A stretch of 62,585 nt of DNA, counting the filler, from Circinaria calcarea (Eukaryota), in assembly GCA_051942165.1 (NCBI GenBank). It is 15 parts of 15 records of this genome, joined end to end, with 100 filler letters (N's around TTAATTAATTAA, not from the genome) between each part and the next. Parts side by side here need not be neighbours in the genome. Positions count along the whole stretch, not along the records: positions 33,541 to 37,611 come from JAVECS010002483.1; positions 37,712 to 41,780 come from JAVECS010002484.1; positions 41,881 to 45,948 come from JAVECS010002485.1; positions 46,049 to 50,113 come from JAVECS010002486.1; 11 more parts are not named here. The stretch is one strand, 5' to 3'. Below, one piece after another: positions 35,412 through 47,709 of the stretch; the stretch's first letter is position 1, and each line of letters opens with the position of its first letter. Below the pieces are notes generated by a model that worked only from the letters and a program-made list of their open reading frames with translations, did no database searches and was not told where the DNA came from. Position numbers and translations under genes: made by a program.

Positions 35412-38306
35412 TTCAGAGACCATTCAGCGGCGGTTTTGACTGTGACTCTCCGAGACGTGGAGCTCCTGCAACGCGTTATCGTAAATAATCTAGGTCGACT
35501 GCAGTTCATTAGGAGCGTTCTTGCAGGGCCGTCCAAATATTCCGGTGTAGCTGGTCCCGGATCGTATCGCTACCCATTTTGCCTCGCAATACTTGTCCAA
35601 TCTTGAGATCGGCAGCCATGGTGGAAAGTTGCAGCGTCAGATACAGTTGTGGAAATTCTACCCTTAGCTTGCAGTTTTGGTGTACGAGTCAAGCTGGACG
35701 GGGAGGTTACAGGCCAGACAGGAGGGTCCAAACCTTTTTTTTAAAAAAAATGTTCATGTGGAATATCTGAAATGACAATTCGATACATCACCGAGAGAAG
35801 CGTAGGAAGTTTTGAATGGAAAAACGATGCCTGGGGTCAGCCTATAATATATAAGAAATAAGCTTCAATAGCAGGCGCTCCGTTTTCAGGAGGTTAAACA
35901 CTAGTCGCAAGCGGAGGTAACTAGGGTTATAATTTCTATTCCGGTCTTATTGCTTTTAATTTAGAAATACTATATCTATTTTAATTAAGATATCCGGCTG
36001 ATTCCCCATCCGTCCCGATTTCTCTCAAGAAATTCCTTGTAAATTTCTAGGGGTATTACCGCACGCCAGTAAATATTCTAGATGAGGAAAATAGATATTC
36101 TATCCCCCGCCCGCCCTCTCTTCTGTATATAATTTATAATAAACGATTAGAACACACATCAGATCCCCCGAATTCTGTATAATATCTAAGTCCCCGGTCT
36201 CTCCCGGCCTTAATTCCCATTTTCCCCATCCTTCCCGTTCTACACAAGTAACGAACAAAACCCTACGTACCTCCTACCCTCACCCTCGTATTAAAAAACA
36301 ATCCTTACGTCTACCCCAAGGATTCTAGCCTACGAGTAAATTATTACAACCAACTTCCTTTCTTTCTCCTAGAAAAATAAAATCTCTCGGGAACAGATAA
36401 CCGATCCGCCTAGCCAACCCTCTGGCAATATCTCTCACCCTCCAACCTTGGCTCTTGCACTTCTATAGAGATCCGAGCCGATGTACATCACCCCGTCAGA
36501 TGAGTATTTCCCCCCGTCCTCCGTCCCTCTTACCAACGTGACCAGTCCATACATTGTTATAGAATTATAGTGAATTCGCCTCCATTGTAGAAGACTCGAA
36601 TAGATTGACAGAAACGTCTCGTCTCTCAATTGCTTAGCGAAAGGGATTTTGAATATGGGTTGCCTGCTTCATTCCCATAACAATCGACCAGTGACGTTTC
36701 CCATCTCAAACGGCATAGCACATATCACATCACATCGGTTGAAGACTTCCCGTTTCATTTCAATTTTGTGATTTTTCTCTAGGCCAGAAGAAAAGCGCAA
36801 AGCTAGAAAATGCCTCCCCAAAAAATAAACAGACCGGGAGCGAATCACCGGGGTATCTTCGCAGCACACTTGAGCAGAGCCGAGCACAGGACAGGACAGG
36901 ACACACACGAAAACCACACGAAAGCCCCCTCCGTCCCCCATTACCTATTTCCTCCAAACATGACAAGACAAAAATAGCACTACGTCGACATCCGACACCC
37001 CCCCAAAGTCACCCGGTATCAACCCTCCGCCCGAAAGCGAAGGAGCACACGACGATGAGATGGGGTGGGCCTCCCCTTAACCAACCCCTACAAGCAGAAC
37101 CAAGCCCACAAAACACCGAAACACCGAAACACCAAGAGAAAAGACCCGCCCCCGGCATTACCATCCCACCAGATATCGACCCTCCCCAAATCCAAGACGG
37201 CGCAGAGCGCAGCATCAAGGAGGGAGAGGCACACAACGGTGAGTTGATGTCAGATGAGTTGTTACAGGAAAAAGAAGACTAGCAATCGATTCGTGGAAAA
37301 CACCTTTGGACATGGTGCTAGAGAGCTTCGTCGTCGTGGAATATCGTACACCGTATCGGAACAGACAGTTGAAAAGCCTTCCGTAGGAATCGTGAGCCCA
37401 TACGCATCGCATCGCATAGTGTCGTGCATCCACCAAGGCCTTCGCCCGCCAGGATCAATCATTCCTCCATCACCGGCTCGAAATCACCAGTGAAACCCCC
37501 ATTAATCAATTCCGCCGCCATCCGCATTCTCTGACACGGCAAATCATCCATGTCGTACGCTTTCTTGGGGTCATATCCAAGCATGATCATCTTCGCAGTC
37601 GTGGCAACAAANNNNNNNNNNNNNNNNNNNNNNNNNNNNNNNNNNNNNNNNNNNNTTAATTAATTAANNNNNNNNNNNNNNNNNNNNNNNNNNNNNNNNN
37701 NNNNNNNNNNNTAGCGTGGCTTGGCGCCCACACCTGTTTATATTCGCGTGTTCCATGTATCTTACCTCCTTATGTTATTCTAGGTTTATATAGCCCACAA
37801 ATTGCTTTGGTTCTAGGCCTGCTATCTTTGTGAATTGGCTTCACCCTAACAAGTTGAAAGCGAAAAGCTAATATTAAAATAGCTCAAACCGGACTCTAAT
37901 AATAGTAACCTTGAGACCCAGGAAATAAGATGGGACAAAATATGGAGAAAGAGGAGTTTTCCCTTATAATTCTCGAAGAATTGCTATTTCGTGATAAAGA
38001 GAGCAAATATAAGGAATCGGCTGTAGCAGAATTTAATTTTCACGTTGCTACGAAAGCTCTTGAGAAGTACCCCTAAGCCCTTATATTTTCGCAATCGCCA
38101 GAGCTGGTTTCAGATTCTTCGAGTACGTTCATAAGCATTTGCCAATCGTATGGCATTAAGATATATTTATTTAATTAGTTAGTATTATATATCGTTTAAC
38201 TTTATTTTGGTCGCGATTGTCGTTAGTCCGCCTATAGCTCTGGCACAGAATTACCAGAATAAGCTTTTTCCCCGGTGCTCCCTATTTGTTCCCCTCCTTT
38301 AATACT

Positions 38307-38511
38307 CCCCCTCGCTCCCTCGCTGCTCCCTCTAAAGCGGCCTTGTTCTCTTTCCCGACCCGGAACGGCAATTTTCAATCCTAAGTTCGGGGTATATATA
38401 ATATAGAATATCTATATTATATACACCCCGAATTTAGGATTTGAGATTATTATTTTCGATCGGGAAAGGGAGCAGAGCCGCTTTAGAGAGGGCCCCGAGG
38501 GAGTAAGAGGG
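38307..38511. repeat. Degenerate fold-back palindrome (~100-bp arms, ~5-nt loop)
   Basis: Inner 30 bp of each arm match with 2 mismatches (AATCCTAAGTTCGGGGTATATATAATATAG). Outer arms still align (CTCTAAAGCGG, TTTCCCGA). Confidence 0.8.
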
Positions 38512-39059
38512 CCGTGCCTGAGCCGCGCCTAAGCGGGCAGTGTACCGTAGGGGCCCCAGCAGGCAGGAACCCGAACCAGCCCCGCTGGAATTGCCCTCGG
38601 GTGTTTCACCCCAGGCTGCTGCCTGGATACCTCCCTTCAAGACAGCCTTGCCGACTCTCTAACTTGAGTATCTAATCTTGCCGACAAGATTCTCATTCAT
38701 TCCAACAGACAACATTACCTAATACAGAAGAAAAAAGATATAAAACATGACACCCTGTTCCAGGAAGGGAACCAAATCGTAAGGATAGTTCGATCATTGC
38801 CCGGCTGGTGAGGCTTGAGCCTGAGAGATAGAAAATACTGGCAAGGCGTCAAACATGCAGCTAAAAGCCAACGCCGCCGTTCTAAAACGATGCCGGATAT
38901 CGTTTGCCAGTAATCTGGCGGGCTGGCCAATAAGGTGTATAGGATCCTACGTGGATTGGACAATGCTTTCTCTTTAGTCCCGTCGCCTGCCTCTACTGCC
39001 AGCTTAGTTGGGCAATACGTCGTTGCATTCCTTCCTCTGCATAATGTTCCTCCCTAAAT

Positions 39060-41280
39060 ATGATTCTTCCCTCTCATTCTTCCTCCCCCAAATCCTCGGT
39101 CAACTTATTTTTTGATCGTTTGTATGGAACTGAGAGAAGAATGTCACTCCATCGCGGCGACGGCGACGTCGAGGAAGTTAAACCTTCCTATGCTTTACCG
39201 TGCTCTGACGCGCAGAAGGCTAGTAATGTCGAACTCTTGGAAGATCCCTCATTCGACAACTCTCTTCAATCAAACTCGACGGTTATAGCTAGAAACAATA
39301 AAAGATCAATTTCACGGGCCAAATTCTATATTAGATTATGGGCCCGCGTTTCGAACTCATTTACTGACTGGTGGATGGGAGAGCTGCTGGCAATCCTACT
39401 GAGCGTCATCGCATTCTTTGGCATTATTCTTATACTTCGCAAGTACGATGGCCACACGCTTCCAAGGTTACCCTACAATGTCCCTCTCAGTTTTGTTGTC
39501 TCGACCATGGCTACGGTCTCGAAGAGTTCGCTGCTCCTTGCGGTAGCATCTGCACTCGGCCAATTTAAATGGCTATGGATGTCCTCCAAGCAGCGTAGGC
39601 TGAAAGACTTACAGGTTTTCGATGAAGCTAGCAGAGGTCCTTTAGGTGCTTCTAAGCTGCTCGTGTCTAGGAGAGGCTTGTAAGTCTGGTTCCTTGAAGT
39701 CAAAGCCAATCAAAGCCTTCCAGCTAGCTGACTGCTAGAAGATCTTGGGCTTCTTTAGGAGCAGTCGTCACTATACTTTGTCTTATCTTTGATCCTTTTA
39801 TTCAAGCACTGATCAGTATTTCCGAGCGAGTGGTCTATAGGGATGACCCAGCAACGCTCTTGAAAAGGATGGAGACTTATCCTATCTTGAGCAACTACGA
39901 CGGTACGTGATCCTGGCAGTATCAATATGCGTACTTCTGCAAAGAGGCTATAGTTCCTTAAAATCGGCTGCTGACGTATAAACAGACCTCTTGATTTTTA
40001 ATTTTCAACTTATGAACACTATTAATGGCGCAATTTTTAATTCAAACCCGGTGTCAGAAACGCCACCGTACTGCGTAACTGGCAACTGTACCTGGCCCCT
40101 ATTTACATCGCTGGGATTTTGTTTTAAATGCGAGGACATCAGTCAGCCGTTACGAAATGGCTTCACGTCCGTTGAGTTGCCCTTTAACCCCTCGGAATAT
40201 CAGGAATGCCTAGCATCCTCACCCTACCAAAACCATGGCACTTGCTCGGTCACGAAGAGAAATTACACTTACAGACTCCCTGAACTGAATAGCCAGATCC
40301 TAAGGACATCGATATCCGGTGGCAATGTGCTGGACTTTCCCCGCTCCTTTTCTATGATTTCTGAAGCACCCAGGATACCAGCATTCTTCGTAATTCCGTT
40401 ATACGGGGATTGGTACGCCAACATAACGGTGTTCAATTTCACCGACGGCACCTCAGTCCCGATGCCTGCCTTGGTTGCTCTCATTCGAACATCTTTACAC
40501 GATGATGGTAATTCTGGAGGCGTTATTGCAGCTGATGTATGCGCTCTCAGCTTTTGTGCCCAAACACGTAATGTTTCGGTATCTCTCAGCCAGCCGTCTT
40601 TCACCGTCCTCCAGACTGTGTACGGTACCCAACATACTCCTCCTAACTGGGAGGTTGCAGACACTGGGCGGCTGTCTTTCACAGGAGATAACCTCGATAT
40701 AACATATCGTCCACAGGCAACGGGTGCTAACCTTGTTAGTCCTCTATTCGGATGGAGAGAAAGCCTGTGGGCGTTAGTACAGTCTCTCGCCGGTAATATG
40801 ACTGCACCCAACCAGACCATGTATGGTTCTGTTGGGTCTTATACCGCCTCAGATATTACTATAGGTGCCTTTAACGCTTCCTCAGATATCTCAATGACCA
40901 TGGGCAACATCGCCACCGCACTGACAAATTACTTCCGCGATTCCAGCAACGTTACAGTCACTGGCAAAGCCGGCAAATCTGAGTCCTATATCCATGTAAA
41001 TTGGGCTTGGATCACTTTTCCGGCTCTGCTCGTTATAGCGGGAATAGTATTCCTATTACTCGCCATGTTCGAGACTAAAAGACGGGGAGCACGTGTATGG
41101 AAGACTTCCGAATTAGCACTCTTGTTCCACGGGTTGGAGAAATGGGACCAAGACTTGAATGCACCTGACCGATCGAGCGAGATGGAGCATGCGGCCTCGG
41201 GGATTAGGGTAAAGATGGCGAAAACTTTGAGTGGTGGATGGATACTGCGTCGAGAGGGAACTCCGATCAAATCTACATAA
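39060..41280 (+). CDS. DUF3176-family membrane protein
   Basis: Motifs WWMGELL, YDG, LGQFKWLW, FDEASRGPLGA, DPFIQ, CVTGNCTWPLFTSLGFC..C, IHVNWAWITFP and VWKTSELALLFHG; two introns. Start is 39060 or 39141. Confidence 0.88.
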
Positions 41281-41880
41281 TAGATATGCGACGAGCTTTT
41301 ACTTAGCCCGTCAGATCTTTTTGTTTAATATATATGCAGTATTTCTACGGGATTTCCATAGCATTTACTTATATATATTCCGGTTATACCGTGCAGGAAT
41401 CGTGGCGGACAAAGCTCTAGCGCTACGGAAAATGGCACCAATTCGGAGACACCTCCGTACCGAAGGACCCAATATAATCGCCTTCTACACCAGAGGAGCT
41501 ACTGTATGTTTTAATTTATTTATATGCACAGGAGAGGAGAACTAGAAAGGGCTAGGTACGAGATGGCCTGATTTGAACACCTACACTCGGGCCGCGCTTC
41601 GACCACCTTCAGCCCTATGGTATTGCCTTTGCGCCGGGAAGCCCCTGGGCAATGGGCATATTACTACCAGGGATCGTGGAAATATCGTTTATAATAGCAT
41701 TAGGAACAATACCTAATGCATTTTAATATTTCTCATAAATAGAATTAATTTCCTTCGTTAATAAAATATTATTATCATCCNNNNNNNNNNNNNNNNNNNN
41801 NNNNNNNNNNNNNNNNNNNNNNNNTTAATTAATTAANNNNNNNNNNNNNNNNNNNNNNNNNNNNNNNNNNNNNNNNNNNN

Positions 41881-44800
41881 GAGCATAATCTCGTATGTCA
41901 TCATTGTCGTCGAGAGAGCTCCCGTAACCTAGGCTAACATCGCTGAACCGACCCTTTGGGACACCTTTATGCTCAAGCCTTTTTTCTAGGAGTTTGTTAT
42001 CTGACCTTAGTATGGTACCAATAAAGTCGCTTTGCATCGGAATTGCGAGAAATTGGGCGAAGCTATTCGATAGATCTGAACCATTAAGCACATAGTCCAG
42101 AAGCAGTGGGTCTTCAGGAAAGTAGAGGCGGAGTCCGGAGGCGTCTGCCGTTTGCATAACAAACTGGCCGTCTGTTTCCACGATTACCGGGGTCTTACCA
42201 CCGTTGAGCGTACGGGTAAGTACGATTCTAGCAGCGCTGTACACTTTCAATTGGCGTAGCTGCTCGTATATCTCCTGGGACTTCTTCTCCGTCTCTGCTG
42301 GCTTCCAATGATCGGCGCATCTGGGGCTTGTTTAGTCGGATCGGGAAACGGAAGAGCTTAACTCACCTCATCAGTGCAGAAGCTTTATCTGCATATGTTG
42401 AAGTTAATAACTTCTGAAGCTGCGTGATTCCATCTGGTCTACTGACTTCTGTAACATTGGCTGAAAGAAGCTTGCCCTTAACGCCCAGCGCCTGAAGAAC
42501 TGGCATGAGCTTATGCACTTCGTCGACGGAGAAATCAAGAAGGGATACGCGGCCAGAGAAATTGGCATACAGGTGCGGATGATCAGCAATGTAAAAGTAT
42601 GTGTAATAGTCCTTCAACACATGCTGAGGGGTGGGGCCTGGCATGATGACAGGAAAAACCTTTTTGCCTCTCAATTGCTGAATTTCGGCATTATAAAGGC
42701 CCTTGCGATTCAGCCATGACAAGTAAAGCAGAAAACCTTTCAAGTGCTCTATTTCACTCTTACTTGACCTCTCACTTATGCTTAGGATTTCGTTGATGAT
42801 ATCCTTTGCCGAAGCATTGTCTATCTTGAGCGTCCGACGGAAGAGGCCTTCGAACTGAGGCCACTCTTGATGTAGTATGGCCTTAGTTTGTAAGCCTGGC
42901 GGAGCCTGCCAGACGCAGACTGAAGGAGAGACCCATTTCGACTCCTGGCTGGAGGGCAGATATATCAGTGACTGGGTTTTGAATTTGGATCTAATGATTG
43001 TTAGCTAAGTTCACCTACATGATCCATTCCGACCCCAGTGGCCGAACAACCAATCAGACTTCAGTCTGAGATATATATGTATATATCTGATCTCTTTGCC
43101 TAGGCAAGGGTTGACTAAACATATGGCTTACCTTATATCTCCTCGATCGGTTCGATCACTAAGCGCCGTGTACATGGAACAGATCTGTTCTTGTTTAGGG
43201 CTTGCTTGCTCTTTTATGCATTGCAGAACACCGGTATAAAAAGGAGTTCCAGCCAAAGTCACAACGCCCAGCTTATTAAGTTGGTCAGCCCACACCTTGT
43301 CGTTAGGTTCGTCGGTGTTGACAAATGGAAGATCCATAAGTGCGGTGAGCCCCAGCTTTGTACTGGCTTCAATCAGTGCCGAAGACGGGAGGAATGTCCC
43401 CTTAAGCGTATGTAAAGACCCGTCGGAGCATATAACCGGTAGAGATGATAGTTCTTGGCAGACCTTTGAGAACTTTGGCGAGCTTAACTTCGTGTCAGAT
43501 CTTTTCAGCAAAGTGGACTTCAAGACCCCTAACCAGATGACGGAGTCGTGGTTTTTTGTGATGGACTGGAACGCCCGTGATAAACGTTCCTTTTCAGCTA
43601 AACGGAGAGCTGTTGACAGCCCGACAGACGTCTCTAACCAGTCAAGCCATTTGGTACGCTCATCTCCGATGATTGCATTGACGTAGATGGGATGAACGAA
43701 ATTCAAACACTGGGGGTCCTTTTCGAAGAGCTTGCTAAGGCTATTGCTGTCAGATATGTCGAGATACAAGTCCTCAGCTCGGACCCAGCGGTTCTTCTTG
43801 CTTAAAAGCCAGAGACGACCATATTGCGAAGACGGATAAGACTTCCGAACCTTGTATAGATAGACTAGATGAACTAAAGAATCCTGTGGTGTGTAAGAAC
43901 GACCCCCGTCAACTTCGCTGTTGTGTTTCTCAAGAATCCTGCCAACGACTTCTTGAGCTGTAGAATGCAAAACTCCAAGGCGTTTGAAGAGCATCAATCT
44001 TGCCGGATTTAGGCAAGCTTTGACGTCAACAAGTTGGATTCCAAGATCTGCAGGGACGACGATGCCGGATTCATCGTCGAGAAGAACTCTACCACGAGAC
44101 AGATTGTATGAAGTCCAGTTCCCGTCTTGCAGCGGTATGAGTTTCAGATTCGGAATGTCTGAGACCCAGAATTTGTCTGCCAGTCGGTTCAATACACTTG
44201 CCACATCTTCGTGCCATTCCTCCTGACGACCGGCCCAATGTTCGGAACACGGATCTATCAATTTGGCAAGCTGAATAATGCACGCATCGATAGAAAGCTC
44301 TCTTACTCCGAGGACCTCCAGGATACTACGATCGGTGATCCATGCATAACGCGGTGATAAATATGACTTCAAGTGCAGTGCATCACCAATAAGAGGATGC
44401 TTGTGGCGATCGAGAAATTGCGCTGGAACGTATGACAGTGCCCCTGGCTGTACCAGAGTTCCTGCCCAGCTCCAAAGAGATGGTGTATCGCGCAAGGTTT
44501 GTATCAAGAGATTTTCCAAAGGAAACAGGAACGACTTTGGCAATTTCGTAGGAAGATACCGAATCCATGTGTAACGAAGTGTTGGTATCTTGTTTAGCTT
44601 TTCCAAAGCCTCGCAAAAAGCCGCAACAACGCCATTGAGCAGGGATAAGTTCCAATCGTTGCTTAATATATCCTCTCGACTCGCAGAAAGCATGAAATCT
44701 GCTTGGATAATGAACTAAGCCATCAAGAAGTATTAGACCTGTACTAACTTTGATAGCTCGGTCAAAGGCTACTTACTTTGAATCCAAAGTCGCGGATTGG

Positions 44801-45752
44801 AAGGTATGCATAAGTATCCTGGGTTGCTTCATGTGGATATCCGTTATACATGGTAAGGAATGCAAGAGTGATAGCTGTGTTCGTGCCGAGTCTTTTTGAC
44901 GAGCTTGGGATACTTTCTACCCGACGTCTTACAACAATATAAGTACTTGTAAAAGTCGACTTGTGCACTCCATTTACCATTGTCTTGGTTTCAAGTAAGA
45001 TAGAACCGCTTGTAGCGCCTGAGCGACAAGTCAGGACACTGTGGAATCCGTTGTCCAGATAAACATCCAGACGCTTGAGTCGTCTCAGGAACATAAGAAG
45101 GCTAGGGGAAATTTGTTCGAGCTCCTTCTTCAGCAGTTTTCTCTTGTCTTCAGTTTTTATCTGCATGAGAAACTGAGTGTGTCCACTTACAAGTTCCCGA
45201 ACCGGGAACTCAGCGAGCTGCGGAGCAATCATCCCAAGTTCTGCGTTCCTATCAAACATGAAAGAAAAGCGTCCGGAAGATACTGCTATCGAATCTGCTA
45301 TTTTGAACACAGACTTAAACCCAACGCCTTTCTCTCCGATTGTACCGGTCGTTGTTTTCGTGCTCTTGTTCACGTTGCAAAGGGCACGTACGTTTTGTTC
45401 GCTAAAACCAGCCTCGTTGCAGTCAATGCGTAATTTTGATGAGCTGAGATGAAAACTAAGGCGAGGAGATACCTCAGGAGGATATTGGTTATCGTCTGCA
45501 TTTTGAATCATCTCATGGACGAAGTGAACATCTGCGGAATTCAATTGCTCCGCGAGACTATGGTCTTAATAAGTAAAGACGAATTTGTAGATTAGCCAGA
45601 TTCACTTACAGTGCCACTGCGCTCTCCAACGTGCGTTTCAAAGGCAGCATTTCTTTCGCGGAGTTGTCATTGGATACTCCATAATCCTCTCGTATAGATC
45701 TGATAACTGCGTCTCCTCCGCCGCGAGACATGATAGGCTTTAGGCTCTCCAT
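41881..45752 (-). CDS. Large sacsin/NO VEIN-like protein with N-terminal GHKL (HSP90-like) ATPase, 3' truncated
   Basis: Motifs HFVHEMIQNADDN, CNEAGFSEQNVRALC, STK, IGEKGVGFKSVF, YAYLPIRDFGFK|FIIQADFMLSASREDI...WN and IPLQDGNW. Multi-exon, over 1100 aa within the contig. Confidence 0.88.
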
Positions 45753-46048
45753 GGTTCAGACCCAATTTCAAGGCGAGGGTCCAGATGAGTGACTACCGCG
45801 AGGTAGGAAATTTTCCCAACTCAAGGGACCCTATCATTGATCGACACTAGATAGGGTTCGCAAGGCGATACAACGCGAGGTGAGCTATAGTCCCCTGCTT
45901 TTTTGTTAGAATTGTACCAAGGTTGTTGGATGTACCTGAGATCCTTACNNNNNNNNNNNNNNNNNNNNNNNNNNNNNNNNNNNNNNNNNNNNTTAATTAA
46001 TTAANNNNNNNNNNNNNNNNNNNNNNNNNNNNNNNNNNNNNNNNNNNN

Positions 46049-47029
46049 CCTTCGCCCATCTGTACCATGACCTCGATAATGGCTTCACGCCCTTGAATTT
46101 CATGCTTCCCTGGGCTCCCTTACCCCAGAACAGGAAGCGTGATATAGCTCAGAGGAAGACGACGCAAATGTACGCCGCCATCATCAAAGTCCGCCGAGAG
46201 AAACCAGGTGGAAAAGATAGCGAAGACATGCTCTGGAGTCTCATGCGCAGCGTCTACAAAGACGGCACCCCCGTTCCCGACAACGAGATAGCCGGTATGA
46301 TGGTCGCGCTCCTTATGGCGGGCCAGCACTCCTCCTCCGTCACCAGCTCCTGGGTGATGCTCCGTCTCGCTTCGCAGCCCGAGATCATGGAAGAGCTTTA
46401 CCAGGAACAACTTCGGGTTCTTGGGGATACCACGAAACCCCTAACCTACGACGACCTCCAAGCCCTCCCTTTAAACACGTACGTAGTGCAAGAAACCCTC
46501 CGTCTCCATCCACCAATCCACTCCATTATGCGAAAAGCCAAAAACCCCCTCCCTATCGAAGGTACAAACTGGGTCGTTCCACCCTCGCATGTCCTCCTCG
46601 CCGCACCCAGCTTCATGAGTAAAAGTAGCGAGCACTTTCCTAATCCGGATACCTGGGATCCTCACCGCTGGGATAGTATGACCGACCCAAAGGACGAGGA
46701 TAACGAAAAGGAGGATTACGGGTATGGGCTGGTATCTACGGGCGCTAGTAGTATCTACCTACCGTTCGGAGCGGGAAGACATCGGTGTATCGGGGAGCAG
46801 TTTGCGTATCTGCAGTTGACATTGATTGTGGCGGTTATGGTGAGGGAGTTTAAATTGAAGAATGTCGATGGGAGGAAAGGGGTTGTGGAGACGGATTATT
46901 CTGTAAGTCCCCCCTTTCTCGGCACATAATGCAAGCTCCTAGCTGACGCAGGCATCCTTTCAGTCCTTATTCTCTCGACCGCTGGAGCCAGCGCAGGTTG
47001 TGTGGGAGAGAAGGAGAAAATCTACCTGA
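46049..47029 (+). CDS. CYP51: Sterol 14-alpha-demethylase, 3' part
   Basis: Motifs [47 protein letters not shown] and [18 protein letters not shown]. Terminal intron before SLFSRP; stop 47027-47029. Confidence 0.97.
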
Positions 47030-47326
47030 TTGTAACACAAATGGAAACTTCATCCCAACTTGTCTGACTGGGGACGGTCAGCTGCCACGTTTACTAGGAA
47101 AAGAAAGGATCGAATCAATCCACACCTGAGAGGGACACCTACTAAACCAAACCCCGAACTCTTCCCCCACAGGAGATCCCTTCCTTTCCACTAACTCACT
47201 TTAGCGGACGCCGCCCTTGCTTGATGGAGTCTACCTACTCTAGAAACTCTCGAGAGGGGAAGTGAGGTTTGGAGGGGCAATACAGTAGATGCAACTTGTT
47301 CCACTGGGCGATCTACTACGTGTAGC

Positions 47327-47709
47327 CAGGGCCGCCAGTAGTCCAGCAGTCCAGCAGTCCGGACTGCAGTCCAGACTGCCAATTTGCGCACTGTCAGTCC
47401 CAGTCCAGGGTAGCTGGATTGGACTGGACTGTCAGTCTGGACTAGGTATTAATTTTAAAAGAAATTAATCGTAAGGAGAATAGTGGGTAGCTTTCGGAAT
47501 TTCGATTCTCCGGATTGACGCTAGACTTAAGCTAGTCTTGATTAGGCTTTTTCTGACGTCATATCGTGTAAATTAAGTCTTGGCAGTCCGGGACTGAACT
47601 GGTAGTCCAGACTGCAGTCCAGACTGCCAGTCTCAGTCCACCCTTTGGACTGCCAAGGCAGTCACAGTCCAGCCTCTGGACTGGATTGTTTGGACTCCTG
47701 GCGGCGCTG
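47327..47709. mobile_element. MITE-like element with CAG...CTG termini and many CAGTCC/GGACTG subterminal repeats (hAT-like)
   Basis: Left end CAGGGCCGCCAGTAGTCCA versus reverse complement of right end CAGCGCCGCCAGGAGTCCA; AT-rich core; no clear 8-bp TSD. Confidence 0.7.
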
